DNA of 64,000 bases from positions 372,001 through 436,000 of the forward strand of contig OZ025653.1 in NCBI GenBank assembly GCA_964019335.1, given 5' to 3'. This document shows, one piece after another, positions 45,244 through 56,579 of the stretch; position 1 is the first letter of the stretch; every line of letters begins with the position of its first letter. The translations under genes and the position numbers were made by a program. Origin of the DNA: Diplonema japonicum. Its lineage: Eukaryota > Protista > Euglenozoa: Diplonemea. Under the pieces are notes generated by a model that worked only from the letters and a program-made list of their open reading frames with translations, searched no databases and had not been told where the DNA came from.

Positions 45244-46239
45244 CTACGGGTTGATCTGAATCCTGTTGCCGCCAACGTTTTGCTTGTAAAGGAAAACAGC
45301 CGCGGCAAGGTCTTGGATGGCCAACCCGAGCGATTTGAACAACGTGACGTCTGCTGGAGACGAACGGCCGGACAGGGGGGGCGAGGAAAGCAGCGTACCG
45401 ATGTCGGCTTTAATATGAGAGGGGGTGATGAGCCCGGATTTCAGAGGGTTGAGGATGTCACCTGGCTCCTTAAGACAGGATTCTTTAGAGTCTGCAAATA
45501 GGAGAGAACGCGCAACGAGCTCTGGAGACACCTCCATTTGAGGAGGGGTGCATCCCCCGACTGCATTAATATGTGCACCGTCCTTGACCCATTCAGACTG
45601 GATAAGAACAGAGGTTGACGGTGTGAGGGTGCAGATGATATCTGCTGTGCTGACAGCTTCCTGTACCGTGTCGTGACACGTGATTTCAACAGGTTTTTCT
45701 TCCCATTTCTTCTTGAATTTTAACATGTTTTCTTTGGTCCGGTTCCAAATTCTCACTTTTTGTATGGAAGGCCTCACGAGAAGCATGGACTCTAAGTGTT
45801 GGTCTGCCTGCACACCGCAGCCTATCAACGTGAGTACTTCAGAATCTTCACGAGAAAGAAGTTTAGTAGCAACACCCGATGCAGCAGCAGTACGGATAGC
45901 AGTCACCATCCCTGCGTCGACAATGCCAACCAGTTTCCCGTGGTTCCCTTCAAAGAGCGTTACTACACCTTGGTGTGAATGATGACCTTCTTTTGAATTC
46001 GCTGGGTAAACTGTTATGACCTTGTTCCCCCCGTAGCTCTCTCCGTCTACCTCGAGGTACGACGGCATCGAGGCAAGAATACCGACTTTATTCTCTTTCA
46101 GTGGCATTTTATACCCGAATCGGAGGGGCATGTCACCTGTCCCCCCATGTAGGGCTCTGAAAGATTCTTCAACAACACCTATACAATCCCTCATGGAGAG
46201 GTGGGCCTTCACTTCATCTGCGGTGATGATGACTGTCAT
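45244..46239 (-). CDS. Ornithine cyclodeaminase / mu-crystallin family protein
   Basis: TAIRTAAAS, IGCGVQA, GAHINAVG and LFKSLGLAIQDL motifs. Confidence 0.93.
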   Translation of the reverse strand: MTVIITADEVKAHLSMRDCIGVVEESFRALHGGTGDMPLRFGYKMPLKENKVGILASMPSYLEVDGESYGGNKVITVYPANSKEGHHSHQGVVTLFEGNHGKLVGIVDAGMVTAIRTAAASGVATKLLSREDSEVLTLIGCGVQADQHLESMLLVRPSIQKVRIWNRTKENMLKFKKKWEEKPVEITCHDTVQEAVSTADIICTLTPSTSVLIQSEWVKDGAHINAVGGCTPPQMEVSPELVARSLLFADSKESCLKEPGDILNPLKSGLITPSHIKADIGTLLSSPPLSGRSSPADVTLFKSLGLAIQDLAAAVFLYKQNVGGNRIQINP

Positions 46240-46439
46240 ATTCTTTTTTTTTTTTTTTTTTTGTTTCCTCTTTTGCCCTTGTTGGAGAATGAGTGCAACA
46301 GCAAAAAAATTTAAAAAAAAACTTTTTCTTCTTCTTTTTTTTTTTTTAAACCCCTGGTGAAGGGCAAAAAGAAAAAAAAAAAGAGGGGAAATATATCAGC
46401 CGTTAGTACAACACTGGAAAGAAAAGAAAAAAAAAAAAA

Positions 46440-47546
46440 TCACAATTTCGATTTTTTCTTCCCCGAGAGAACCGCTTCGGGGCTGAGGATTATCTTGCCA
46501 AACTGGTTGCCCTGCCGCATTCTATCTATCCCCTCGTTGACCTTTGATAGGCTCATGACGGTATCGACAATGGGAACAATTTTCTGTTTTTTTCTTTTTT
46601 GAATTTCCTGACATAAAAATACCTGTTCATTCACCAACCGAAGCATATCTGTGAACTCCTGAGGGGAGCACATTGCAGTACCCTTTACGTCAATGTTATT
46701 CAGGAAGATGTTCGCCATGACAAACGGCTTCGAAGCCCCTGCGGTGGATCCATAAGAAACCACCCTCCCTCCCGACTTCATCATCTTGAAGTATTGGTTG
46801 AGACCGGTACCGCCAGCTCCATCGATTACACAATCGAAACCACCTGTGTCTTTTTGAATACGCTTCTTAAGGGTTGTTTCCCATCCTTTTGTTTTGTAGT
46901 TCACGCCGAACGTAGCTCCCAGTGAAACAGCTTTTTTCAATTTTGTTTCTGAACCAGATGTGACGTAAACCCTGCATCCCAAGGACACGGCGAATTGCAA
47001 CGCGAATAAAGCAACCCCACCACCGATTCCAGTTATCAAAACAGCATCACCCGTACTCACCTCACCTTTAGTGACAAGCGCTCTGTATGCTGTTCCACCA
47101 GCAAGGGGTAATGCTGCTGACTGATCGGGGGTGAGATGCGAAGGGGATTCTCTTAGATTCTCGATGGGTACTTTAATAAACTCCGCGAAGGTGCCGTCAA
47201 CAGGCATCCCTAAGATAGTGAAGGATTTGTCAGAAGCGCGGATTGAAGGCCCCCACGACATGGAAGGGTCGATGACAACACCCTTACCTTGCCATGAGAC
47301 GTCTTGCTGGTCGGAGACTGCCACCACAACACCACACCCATCGCTCCCAAGGACGCTGCCGTACTTCATGCGTGGGTAGAGGCCCATGGTCATCCAGTTG
47401 TCCCTGTGGTTCAATGCTGCGGCTTGGATCCTAACAAGCGCGTCCCTTCTCCCGCTCAGCAGCGTCGGTATCGGTGCATCGCTTACCACTTTCACGACAT
47501 GCTTGTCGTCCTTTCCTTTTTCGCTGAGGAGACGCACCGCCTTCAT
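46440..47546 (-). CDS. MDR-family (QOR-like) oxidoreductase with PTS1 SKL; probable in-frame intron at 46584-46622
   Basis: AAALNHRD, LGSDGCG, LITGIGGGVA and QFGKIIL motifs; ends SKL. Confidence 0.92.
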   Translation of the reverse strand: MKAVRLLSEKGKDDKHVVKVVSDAPIPTLLSGRRDALVRIQAAALNHRDNWMTMGLYPRMKYGSVLGSDGCGVVVAVSDQQDVSWQGKGVVIDPSMSWGPSIRASDKSFTILGMPVDGTFAEFIKVPIENLRESPSHLTPDQSAALPLAGGTAYRALVTKGEVSTGDAVLITGIGGGVALFALQFAVSLGCRVYVTSGSETKLKKAVSLGATFGVNYKTKGWETTLKKRIQKDTGGFDCVIDGAGGTGLNQYFKMMKSGGRVVSYGSTAGASKPFVMANIFLNNIDVKGTAMCSPQEFTDMLRLVNEQVFLCQEIQKRKKQKIVPIVDTVMSLSKVNEGIDRMRQGNQFGKIILSPEAVLSGKKKSKL

Positions 47547-47701
47547 TATCTTTTTGTGTAATTCCCCCCCCCCCCCTTTTTTTCTTTTGTTTTAAGCAAA
47601 ATCAAAACAAAAAAAAAAAAAAAAACAGGGAGTGGAGGGGAAAATCTATAAAAGAACCTATCTAGAACGATCCATCTGTTGTTTTCTTTTTATTATTATT
47701 A

Positions 47702-49114
47702 TTATTGGGGGTTCATACCGCCATGTTGCGACTCCTCTTCTTCGGTTTCTTGCCTCGAAGCCATCGAGTTCGCCGCCAGGATATTTTCCCGGTTGTCGTA
47801 ATTGAAGAACGCGCGGTGGTCAATGAGGATGGACAGTACGATGTTCATCTGACCGCAGTTGAGGAGGTCTGTGTAGTTGATGCGGTCTGGTGAAGAAGGG
47901 TTCACCATATCAAAGATCTCGTGTGTGATTTCTTCCGGCGTCACGGCCATGAGATTGGACTCCGAGAGCTTTTGGCTGAGCTCCTTGGCGAAGAGAAAAA
48001 CATGCGCGCGGGCTAAAAACCCGTAATCGCCGATGTCGAGAGCTTTCCAAATGTACCGTAGAGCTGGTTCAGAGGAGGTGTGCTCAGTGGCAAGCACGAA
48101 GTCTAGGTATTTTTTGAAATCGATTTCGTCCTCGTAATTCAGAGTCGGGTACAGCTCGAAGATTCTTGTTATAAACATTGGAGAAAACGATGAATTGTTG
48201 TACGAGCTCATCTCTTCTACGGACAGCATTCCGTCCCAATTTGCATCCAGCTCCACATAATGTTGGTACACCCTGTACATGATTTGAAACGTGAACCAGT
48301 TATCCATCAAATCCTCCGGAACATCGCCTTCCAGCCCGGGCTCCGGTGCAGTTCTGTCAAGGACGTACAATTTCATGAACTCCAGCAGAACGTTTGACTT
48401 CATCAACGTGTTGATTAAAATTCTACCGGAACGCATCGGGTCGAGGAAGAAGAAGAATTTTCGAACAGCATGGCATTTGTAGAATGACGTGTAGTGACTC
48501 TCCATAAAGGTCTCAATGTTTCGGACTGTCCGAAGATGCGGCATCATTTCTTCTACAAACCGCTCTAAATCAGACTCTGTCAAATACCCATCACCGATGG
48601 AGTCGCACAGTTCCAGCTTTATTCGAACATTATGTAAAATACACTTTTTATTAACATGTGTGAATATTGGAGTGGCGGGTGTTTTATTCTCTGAACTCTG
48701 GCCCCTTTCTGCCAGAAAAAACATGTGTGGGGTCATGAAAACGTTGTTATGGTAGTCCGCTTTTGCAATAACTCTCAGAGAAGCTGCTTTGTAGGCACCG
48801 TATGATTTAAGCATCATTTCTTCGCCTTCTTTCAGACACGCGTCGTTCAGTGTCCCCCATGTTGTGCTTGATTCGGGTGTGGTTTTCTGTATTTTCTCTA
48901 GGATGTACTCTCGTTCTTCTCTTTGCATCTTCCGGCCGAGCTCTGAAACCGGTTTAGGGCATATTCTTGGTATCACCCCTTTCTCCCCTGCGGCCGGGCG
49001 TCCCTCTGACCAGTCGTGGAAACCCGAATCGGGTTTTTCAGTTTTTTTTTGAACATTTTTTGTTGGTGGGATTGGGTTGTTAACGTACTTTTTAACTTTA
49101 TTCGTCCATTCCAT
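47702..49114 (-). CDS. PPP2R3C: PP2A regulatory subunit B'' gamma (PPP2R3C-like, EF-hand)
   Basis: AVRKFFFFLDP...G.I, ELDANWDGMLS and EIFDMVNP motifs. Confidence 0.88.
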   Translation of the reverse strand: MEWTNKVKKYVNNPIPPTKNVQKKTEKPDSGFHDWSEGRPAAGEKGVIPRICPKPVSELGRKMQREEREYILEKIQKTTPESSTTWGTLNDACLKEGEEMMLKSYGAYKAASLRVIAKADYHNNVFMTPHMFFLAERGQSSENKTPATPIFTHVNKKCILHNVRIKLELCDSIGDGYLTESDLERFVEEMMPHLRTVRNIETFMESHYTSFYKCHAVRKFFFFLDPMRSGRILINTLMKSNVLLEFMKLYVLDRTAPEPGLEGDVPEDLMDNWFTFQIMYRVYQHYVELDANWDGMLSVEEMSSYNNSSFSPMFITRIFELYPTLNYEDEIDFKKYLDFVLATEHTSSEPALRYIWKALDIGDYGFLARAHVFLFAKELSQKLSESNLMAVTPEEITHEIFDMVNPSSPDRINYTDLLNCGQMNIVLSILIDHRAFFNYDNRENILAANSMASRQETEEEESQHGGMNPQ

Positions 49115-49410
49115 GTGTTTTTTTTTTTTTTTTTTCCTTCCCCCTCTTAGGTTCGCGGTTTTGTCATGATAGGGGGACGGGAAAAACAAGATTTAAAAAA
49201 AAAAAAAAAAAGGAAAAGGAAAGAAAAATGGGATAAAACAGGGAAAAAAAAGGGGGAAAGAAAGAGGGGGTCATTCCCCCCTCCTTTTTTTTTTCTCTTC
49301 TTTTTTTTGTTTTGGCTTTTTTTCCCCTTTTCCTGCATCAATAAAAAAAAAAAAAAAAAAAAAAAAAAACATTTGTTGAAAAAAAAAGATGGGGTGAGGG
49401 GGCGAAAAAT

Positions 49411-50416
49411 CTAATCTTCAGGAAGCCGCGGAGGTGGTTTGGCTAGACCACATCGGAGAACAGGTTTGCGCAGACCTTTTTTTAAAAAATAAAATAAAAA
49501 CCACAAAATACCTGCAGTGGGACGCGAATATCTTCCCTTGGGGCCTTCACCAGGAGAAAGCGAGGCCCCCTTTCGAAACCGTGTTCCGAGTGTGGGCTTG
49601 ACAACTGCATTAGGTGACGAAGCTGCAGTGGGAGACAGGGCCGCCTTAGTTGGGGGCGATGCGGAAGGAGCCTCCTTTGCTTTCTTACCCGCTTTCTTTG
49701 TTTTACCCTTTTCAACCTCTTTCGTCTCTTCCTTTTCCTTCACCTGAGGTTTTTCAGGTTTTTCATCAACAACGTCCTCAGATGATGAGTCGCTGTCTTC
49801 AACAACGTTTTTCTTTGTTTTTTTCGCGGCCGGTTTTGCCTTCTTCTTGCCATCCTTGCAGGATTTGCATAGGGAGTAATCGCAATCTTTCTTGCAAACA
49901 TACATCTTTTCTTTTGGTTTTGACTCTTCTTGGCAAGCGTCGCATGTGTATTTCCAGCCGTCCTTTGTGTGCGATGGGACGAGTTTGAAGTCATGTTGGC
50001 AGTCCTCTGAGGGAGGGGGTTCAGAGGATGTGGCATCGCCAGGTTGCTGGCTGCCAGATGATGAGGAGGATTGAGAAGCTTTGTAAGAAGATTCGGACGA
50101 TGCCGCCCTTCGCTTTTTCTTTTTTGGAGGTGGTTGTCGCTGGCCTACTGACTCGCTGTCGCTGTCCTCCACTGGTGGCCGTTTCCGTGTCTTGCCGTTG
50201 TTGCCCGGCGGTGCTTCGTCCTGAGAATCCAGCATCAACTGGTTGTCGGTCTCGCTTTTCTTTTCATCATCTGCTGTTCTATCAGCTTTGCACAATTTAC
50301 ATTTTTTCGCACTGGCCGTGTTTAGATACGTGCAGGAAACGCACGGCCATTGTCCTTTCTGTGTTTTTATTTTTTTTTATTTTTTTAAAGAACGGTCAAA
50401 ATACCTTTGGCGGCAT
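49411..50416 (-). CDS. RanBP2-type zinc-finger protein with a second Cys-rich finger, 3 exons
   Basis: MPPK|KGQWPCVSCTYLNTASAKKCKLC matches W-x-C-x2-C-x3-N-x6-C-x2-C; introns at 50359-50404 and 49476-49511. Confidence 0.82.
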
Positions 50417-50672
50417 TTTTTAATACTCTTTTCCTCCCCCCTCCCTTCCCTCTTTTTTTTTTTTTATGCCGCCTGTGGGTGGTGGTGGGGGCTTGCTTGG
50501 TACGATAAAAAAAAAAAAAAACTCAACAGAAAACTTCTTTATCCACATTCTTCATCGGTTTTTTTTTTTTTTTTCTTTTTGAAACTGAATAAAAAAAAAA
50601 AAAAAAAAAAAACAAGAGAAAAAAAAAAATGAACTCTCCTCCAGTTTGAGACTCACACAATGTTGTGAAGAA

Positions 50673-51379
50673 TAGCTATTTATTAAGTGAAAATAAGATA
50701 GCATTATTTCACGCGTGGTGGCAGGGGGTTTAACGAGTAGGGATCTTAGTTCACTCGCTTCGCTCGTGAACTAATATCCTGTTTACTTCACGAGCGCAGC
50801 GAGAGAAAAGTAAAAAGCTACGAGTTAAACCTGCCACCACAAGTGGAATAATGCTCTTATTTTCACTAATACGTTGTTTTATTTAACAAGAGCCGGGTTT
50901 GAAAGGTGGGAGGTTACAGTGAAAAGTAGGATTTGGGTTACAGGGTGTGGGAGATACACCGTCGCTAAATTTCAGTTTGTGCGACTCTTTGTCCTCATCC
51001 CGCTTGCAAACATGCAAGCTGCATATGCCTGACGCACTATGTTGTAGGGGTCGCTGAATTCCATTCAGATACTCTTTCATTTGTTTCTGACTAAACACCA
51101 AAGCTTTTTTTCACCTCATGGACTTCTTCAAAAGAAGTGCAACCCTGGGAAAGCTCTGCATTTTTTTACCGAAGTTTCGTTGGATGATGTAACTTGCCCT
51201 AAACCTAGGTGAAATAGGTGAAATTAGGCCCAGGAGTGAAATAATGTTACATTATTTCACGCTCGAACATTATTTCACTCGTGGGCCTAATTTCAAGGTA
51301 ACTGGGAGTGAAAATAAAGCTGGGAGTGACATTGAGTAAAATCTTATTTTCACTCCCACCCTTGAAAACCCGGCTCGAG

Positions 51380-51389
<10 letters not shown>
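50673..51389 (+). mobile_element. Crypton-like non-autonomous element E with a Y-shaped terminal hairpin
   Basis: Starts TAGCTATTTATT. Two-armed hairpin; IR 50877-50911 vs 51354-51389; carries a tyrosine recombinase fragment; poly-A right flank. Confidence 0.9.
50961..51194 (-). pseudogene. Frameshifted central fragment of a Crypton-type tyrosine recombinase
   Basis: Stitched across frameshifts it reads SYIIQRNFGKKMQSFPRVALLLKKS/HEVKK/ALVFSQKQMKEYLNGI/SDPYNIVRQAYAACMFASGMRTK/ESHKLKFSD, which contains the YR box-I pattern G-x-R-x2-E-x3-L. Confidence 0.75.
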
Positions 51390-51432
<43 letters not shown>

Positions 51433-52121
51433 ACCCGAGCAAAAACAATGTCACCAAAAGTGCCACGTCGCGTTTTGCCACGAAGCAAAAAGAAGAAGGG
51501 AAAAAAAAAAAAAGGAAGTAAGTACTGCTGTAAAAAAAATTAAAAAGGAGTAAAGGAGAATAAAAAAACTTGAAGGGAAAAAAAAAAAGAATTTTTTTTT
51601 TCTCCTTCAGTTCCCGATTGTCCTAATAGGGTGAAGCAGAAAAAGAACAATTGCACAAAAAGAAAGAAAGAAGAAAAAAAAAGTCGATGTCACATGCAAA
51701 CTCCGCGCGAGAGCCGCAGGTCCCTAGAAGAAGGGGAGGGGGTATGGTCAAAAAAAGAAATCAAGAACAAGAACTGAAGCGCAACAAATAAAAACACGGG
51801 AGCGAAGTACGGGACACGCCTATAGGCATCGCATCACAAGACAGGAAGAGAAAAAAAAATCAAACTAATGGAACCAAATGACTCACCTCCTATTTCTATT
51901 TATTCTCTATTGTTCTTCCTTCCCCTCCCCCTAAAAAAAAAAGAACCAACGTGCTTCATTACATTGTTTTTCTATTATCAGGGAAGGCTTTTTCTATTCT
52001 TTTTTATTTTTATTATTATTAGTTTTTTTTTTTTTTTTATATTTTATTTTTGAAAAAAAACAATCTTCTGCATCTGGGTGCCGAAAGAAGCCTTCAAAAA
52101 GAGGGTCGGGAGCGGGCCAGC

Positions 52122-52182
52122 TCATGGAGCTGGCGTAGGGGGTATAGGAGTAGTTGCATTGATTCCGTCAGTGTTCTACATT

Positions 52183-52218
<36 letters not shown>

Positions 52219-53144
52219 TCCCTTCAACATACCCCAGAGCCTACGTCATTTGGATTGACAAGTTTCAAGACAAAAGCAGTAAGAAGGAGAAGCATCATGA
52301 TGATAAATACACAAAGAAAGCACCTATCACGGGACCGCTGTTTTTTTTTCCAAAAAAAAAAAAAAAAATCACACACATTTCGCGCAAAAGAATATATTTC
52401 CCTCCTGGCCTGCTTCAGCTGCACGTCCAGTAAGTTAAGATCTTCCGAAATTTGCATCTCAACCTCCGCCTGTTTCTTAAGATCAACAGTGATATCCGCG
52501 GCAATATTGTTGGTCTTCGCGGTTATAGCCTCGGAGTGATGCAACGATTTTATCCCGTCCTCTTGTATTTTTATCGCCTTGTCCTGCACCCCAACGGCGG
52601 TCAACCCTTGAAACCCCGATGCCTCATTACCGGAGTGTCCGTAAGGATTGTTGCTAGGGGTGTAATTGTCTAAACCTCCATAAGGTATATGTTGAGGGGC
52701 GGGAGCCATTCGCCCACGTGGGAGTTGCTGCGGAACAGAATTGTTTTGATCGAAAAGTTTCCGCCTGTTGGCGTCAGGATCGTCAGAGGGAGGTGCTTGG
52801 AAAGTCGGCTTCCTCATGGCCCGGACCTTCATCATACTTATTTCCTCTGCGCCTTTCAACTGAGATGAAAGTTTGCTGAAATCATTGTTGAATTCGGACT
52901 CCTTCCCTTTATACGCGCTGAATTTCATGTAACCCGCAATGGCAACATCCAGTTCCCTGTGTGCTCGTTTTGCGTTTTCCATCTGCGTATTCCGTGCCTG
53001 ATCGCTTTGCACGTCCACCAATGCCGAAATCGCATTCTCCAAGTGATATTTTGCACTGGCTACTTTCACCTCCCATATCTCACCCGTCTCATCTTTTCTC
53101 GTCCCCTCCGATTGTTTGAGGGTGCCTTTCACTTTCCCCCACAT
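52122..53144 (-). CDS. Qb-type SNARE (NPSN/Vti1-like), 3 exons
   Basis: C-terminal SNARE heptads with a central Q, then RDRCFLC and a TM helix; introns at 52338-52376 and 52176-52232. Confidence 0.75.
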
Positions 53145-53547
53145 TTTTTTTTTTTTTTTTTTCTTGGCGGGGAGATGTTTTTAGAGGACAAGAATATATG
53201 GAAAAAAAAAAAAAAAAAGAGGCTGGGAGGAGGAGAAACGGTCTATTAAGAAAAAAAAAAAAAGGCTGGAGGAAAAGAAGAAAAGAAAAAAAAGGGGGGT
53301 AAAACAAAAGAAAACTTTAAAAAAAAAAAAGAAGGAAAAAAGAGGTTTCGGTGCGGGGTATACAATGGAAGGGAGCAAGAAAAAAAAAAGAGACATTTAA
53401 GGGTACCTGCGGTATGTGGCAGGATGGAAAAAAGAAAAAGAAACAAAAAAAAAAAAATAATAAGGCAAAGGAGGCCAGTGCTGGTGGCGCTCTGCAAGAA
53501 AAAAAAGGAAATATTTTCGGTCTTTTTTCTTTTTTTTCCCCCCGAAG

Positions 53548-53596
<49 letters not shown>

Positions 53597-53773
53597 CAAG
53601 AAGGAGGACAGAGGTGGAGAAAACAACGGGGATAAAGAACATCAAAAAGTACAATTGACTTTTTTTTTTTTTTTTTTTATTTCATTCCATTTTTTCTTTC
53701 CCTTTCACTCTTTGCTTTATAAAAGAGGGATTCACAAATGGCCTTTTTTTTTTCCCCCCCCAAAAAAAATTGT

Positions 53774-55569
53774 TTAGTACCCCCTTCTGGTCGGCGACCT
53801 GTACCGGCTAGAGTTAAGGGGGCTCTGGCTGTTAGCAAGGGGGCTGTGAGGGCTGTGAGGACTTGCTTTGTAAGGGCTGGAAGCGGGAGAAGAGATATTG
53901 TGTCCAGCAACGACAACGACGGGGGTGTTGCTCGAGATGTTGTGGGCCACGCCGCACATGTCTGCAAGAGCAGCTAGACGGGGGATCTCGTCCTTGGCCA
54001 TGTCCGCCAAGGGCATCACAGCCCCCGTTTGGTCGTACATAGCACTGTTACTGTAGCGCAGGCTGGTCACAATTGCTTTCTCATCGTTGATGATCTTGAA
54101 GAGCCTCAGCTTGCCATGTTCGTCCTCGCCTACTTTGAAGCGAATCATGCTCCCCACGCCATGGCGTGGGTGGGACCCCTCACGTGATGCTGACACAGAC
54201 TTCCTTCTCTCCCCTTCGGGGCTCGTCGCTCTTAGCATCTTCCCAAGCATCCCTTTCGTCTGATGCAGCTTAACATGTGCCTCCCATCCCACACCAGCAC
54301 TTGACAGGATCGCCTCCTGTGCCCTCTCCAGCTTTTGCGACAGAAGTGTGATCGATGCTTCCTTTTCCGTCACCACCTGCTTCAGCCTGTTCACCTCGTG
54401 CGTCGCTTGCGTGTCGTACCGGACCTCTGTTCGCACCTCGCCCACCCTCACCTTGGGCGGTGAAGGGCCGTCGGAGTGGCTGGTCGCATGCGACGCTATC
54501 CTAACAGGTGTCGTCCCAGGCTCTGCACGGCGTGCCGCTTCCCTCGCCATGGCAAGCTCCTCCTCCAGTTCATGGATACGTTCCTGTTGTGGGTTGTTGA
54601 AAATAAAATAACATAACATACATCTCTCTCGGCAAGGGCCTTTGAATCGTGGTGTACGGGAGTCGAGATGTCGTGTGTGTCTTTGTGGTGCGACTTCTTC
54701 GCTTTCTTGCTGGCCTCTGCTTTCCACTTCTTGGCTTCATCCTGAGACTTCTTCAGCTCGGTCTCAAGTTCCTTCACCTTGTGTGCCTTCTCTTTTAGAT
54801 CCTCCTGGAGTCGGTGGATCTTGTTCTCCTGGTTACCAGAAGCCATGAGCCTCTGGAGAGACTCGATCTGCGCTTTCAGTTTATTGTTTTCGTCGGCGAG
54901 GTCAAGCTGAGGGGCGCTGTACGCGGTGTGCTGGCTCCTCACACTCTGAACCGTGCTGTTTGCGCGGGACGGAGGCCTGCTGCCATGTTCACTGAGAGCC
55001 TCCTCGATAGCGATCTCTGGGTCGGGCCCAGCCGAGATCGCACTGGCCTGACGAGAGAGGTTGGTGGGGGCGCCTACCGTCTCGCTCGCCTTGCTATGAA
55101 CACTCGCCTGTGACCCCTTCCTGGAGATGGCCTGCGCTGTCGCTTCTGTCTTCCCGCTCATGCTCACAACAGACTTGTCGAGCTGGTCATTGGTGGCTGT
55201 CCCTGCAACAGACTCCTTAAGCACAGGGCTTTCCTTCCTTCCGGGTGCTTCCAGCGACTGCCTCTGCGAACGCTTTGCTCCAAATGGGCTGCTGCTGTCG
55301 GCTGCTGATGTGACCGACGCGCCCCTGTCCTCCGTTGCCTTCGACAGGAAAGGGGACTTCAAACCAGGCGACGGGCTCTCCGTCTCTCTCTTCGACGCGA
55401 AGGAGGCCGACTTAGGGGGTTTGTCGTCACCCGCAGACCCCTTCAGGAAGGGCGACTTCGGAGGCTTATCGTCCGCCTTGACGAACGGCGACTTCGGCTC
55501 AGGGGCAGGGCTGTCCTTGCCGGCACCGCCCACCTTCTTTAACGTCGCTCCAAACGGGCTTTCGGACAT
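53774..55569 (-). CDS. Hypothetical Ser/Pro-rich coiled-coil protein (KSPF repeats), 2 exons
   Basis: Intron 54584-54621 joins the two ORF-track ORFs (..AERD|ERIHELEE..). Confidence 0.8.
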
Positions 55570-55646
55570 GTTGCTGCCGGTAGACCTGTGAGCATGGGAA
55601 CAGTAACTCGCAAAGAAAAAAAAAAACAAAATCAACATGTGAACAT

Positions 55647-56429
55647 CTAAATGTCAGGACTGGCATCGGAGGGCGCCGTCGGTGTCGCAGGGGTGTCGGG
55701 CTGCTCTGGGGGCATAATGCAAAGAGGAGCAGAATTGGTTCTGAGAGGAGGCGGGGGAAGCCCGCGACGGAGAGGAGCAAAATACAACTCAGAGCGTATG
55801 GGTGGAGAAGGCTGTGGGATTTGCCGTTGGCTAGGCAAGGGGGGCGGGGTAGGACGTGGCGGAGGCGAGTGCGGCAGAACCGCGAGACGTGTGGCGACTG
55901 CAGTGGGAGTGGAAGTATGGTAGGTGGCTGTGGTCTCCGGAGGACATAGCTGAGAGGGGTAGCAGACGGTGACGAGGATCTCAGTGTCCTGTGTCTTCAT
56001 TGTAGCGTGCCGTGCCATCACAACATCGTCCATGGTGCTGATGTCTAGGTCCTGGACTTGCAGAACTACCCCGCCTTGCCGTACACCAGCCCTCATGGCT
56101 GGGCTCCCCCCACCCACCCCGTGCACCATGACACGCCCACCCTCGTTCTTGCAGTACAGACCCCACACAATGTCGTACCTTTCCAGCCGCAAGAGGTACT
56201 GCACTACATGCTCGACACCACCCCCCGCATGTGTCCTCTCGGGAGAGACCAGCCCTGCTCTCTCAGGACTGGCAGAGCGGGGCTTGATACTGCTTTGCCT
56301 AGTCGGTTTCTCGACTCTATTTGGGCTCGCAATGCTCCCAACAAACATAGGCCCCTGAACAGCTGGCGAGCCAAGCGACATGCGGTCACTGGGGTTCAAT
56401 GCAGGAGTCTGAACGGGAAGGCCGCGCAT
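55647..56429 (-). CDS. PDZ-domain, Pro-rich protein
   Basis: WGL...VHGV..GSPA.RAGV..G.V...V PDZ pattern. Confidence 0.75.
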   Translation of the reverse strand: MRGLPVQTPALNPSDRMSLGSPAVQGPMFVGSIASPNRVEKPTRQSSIKPRSASPERAGLVSPERTHAGGGVEHVVQYLLRLERYDIVWGLYCKNEGGRVMVHGVGGGSPAMRAGVRQGGVVLQVQDLDISTMDDVVMARHATMKTQDTEILVTVCYPSQLCPPETTATYHTSTPTAVATRLAVLPHSPPPRPTPPPLPSQRQIPQPSPPIRSELYFAPLRRGLPPPPLRTNSAPLCIMPPEQPDTPATPTAPSDASPDI

Positions 56430-56579
56430 CGCCCTAACACCCCACTCTGCAAGGGTGACTGCATGGACGAAACAAAGTAGCATACAAGTGAAACACTTAT
56501 GAAACACAGTTAGAAAGAAAAAAAGAAGCTTGGTAGACAGAAGGGGGAAAAAAAACAAACAAAACAAAGGAGCGAAAAG

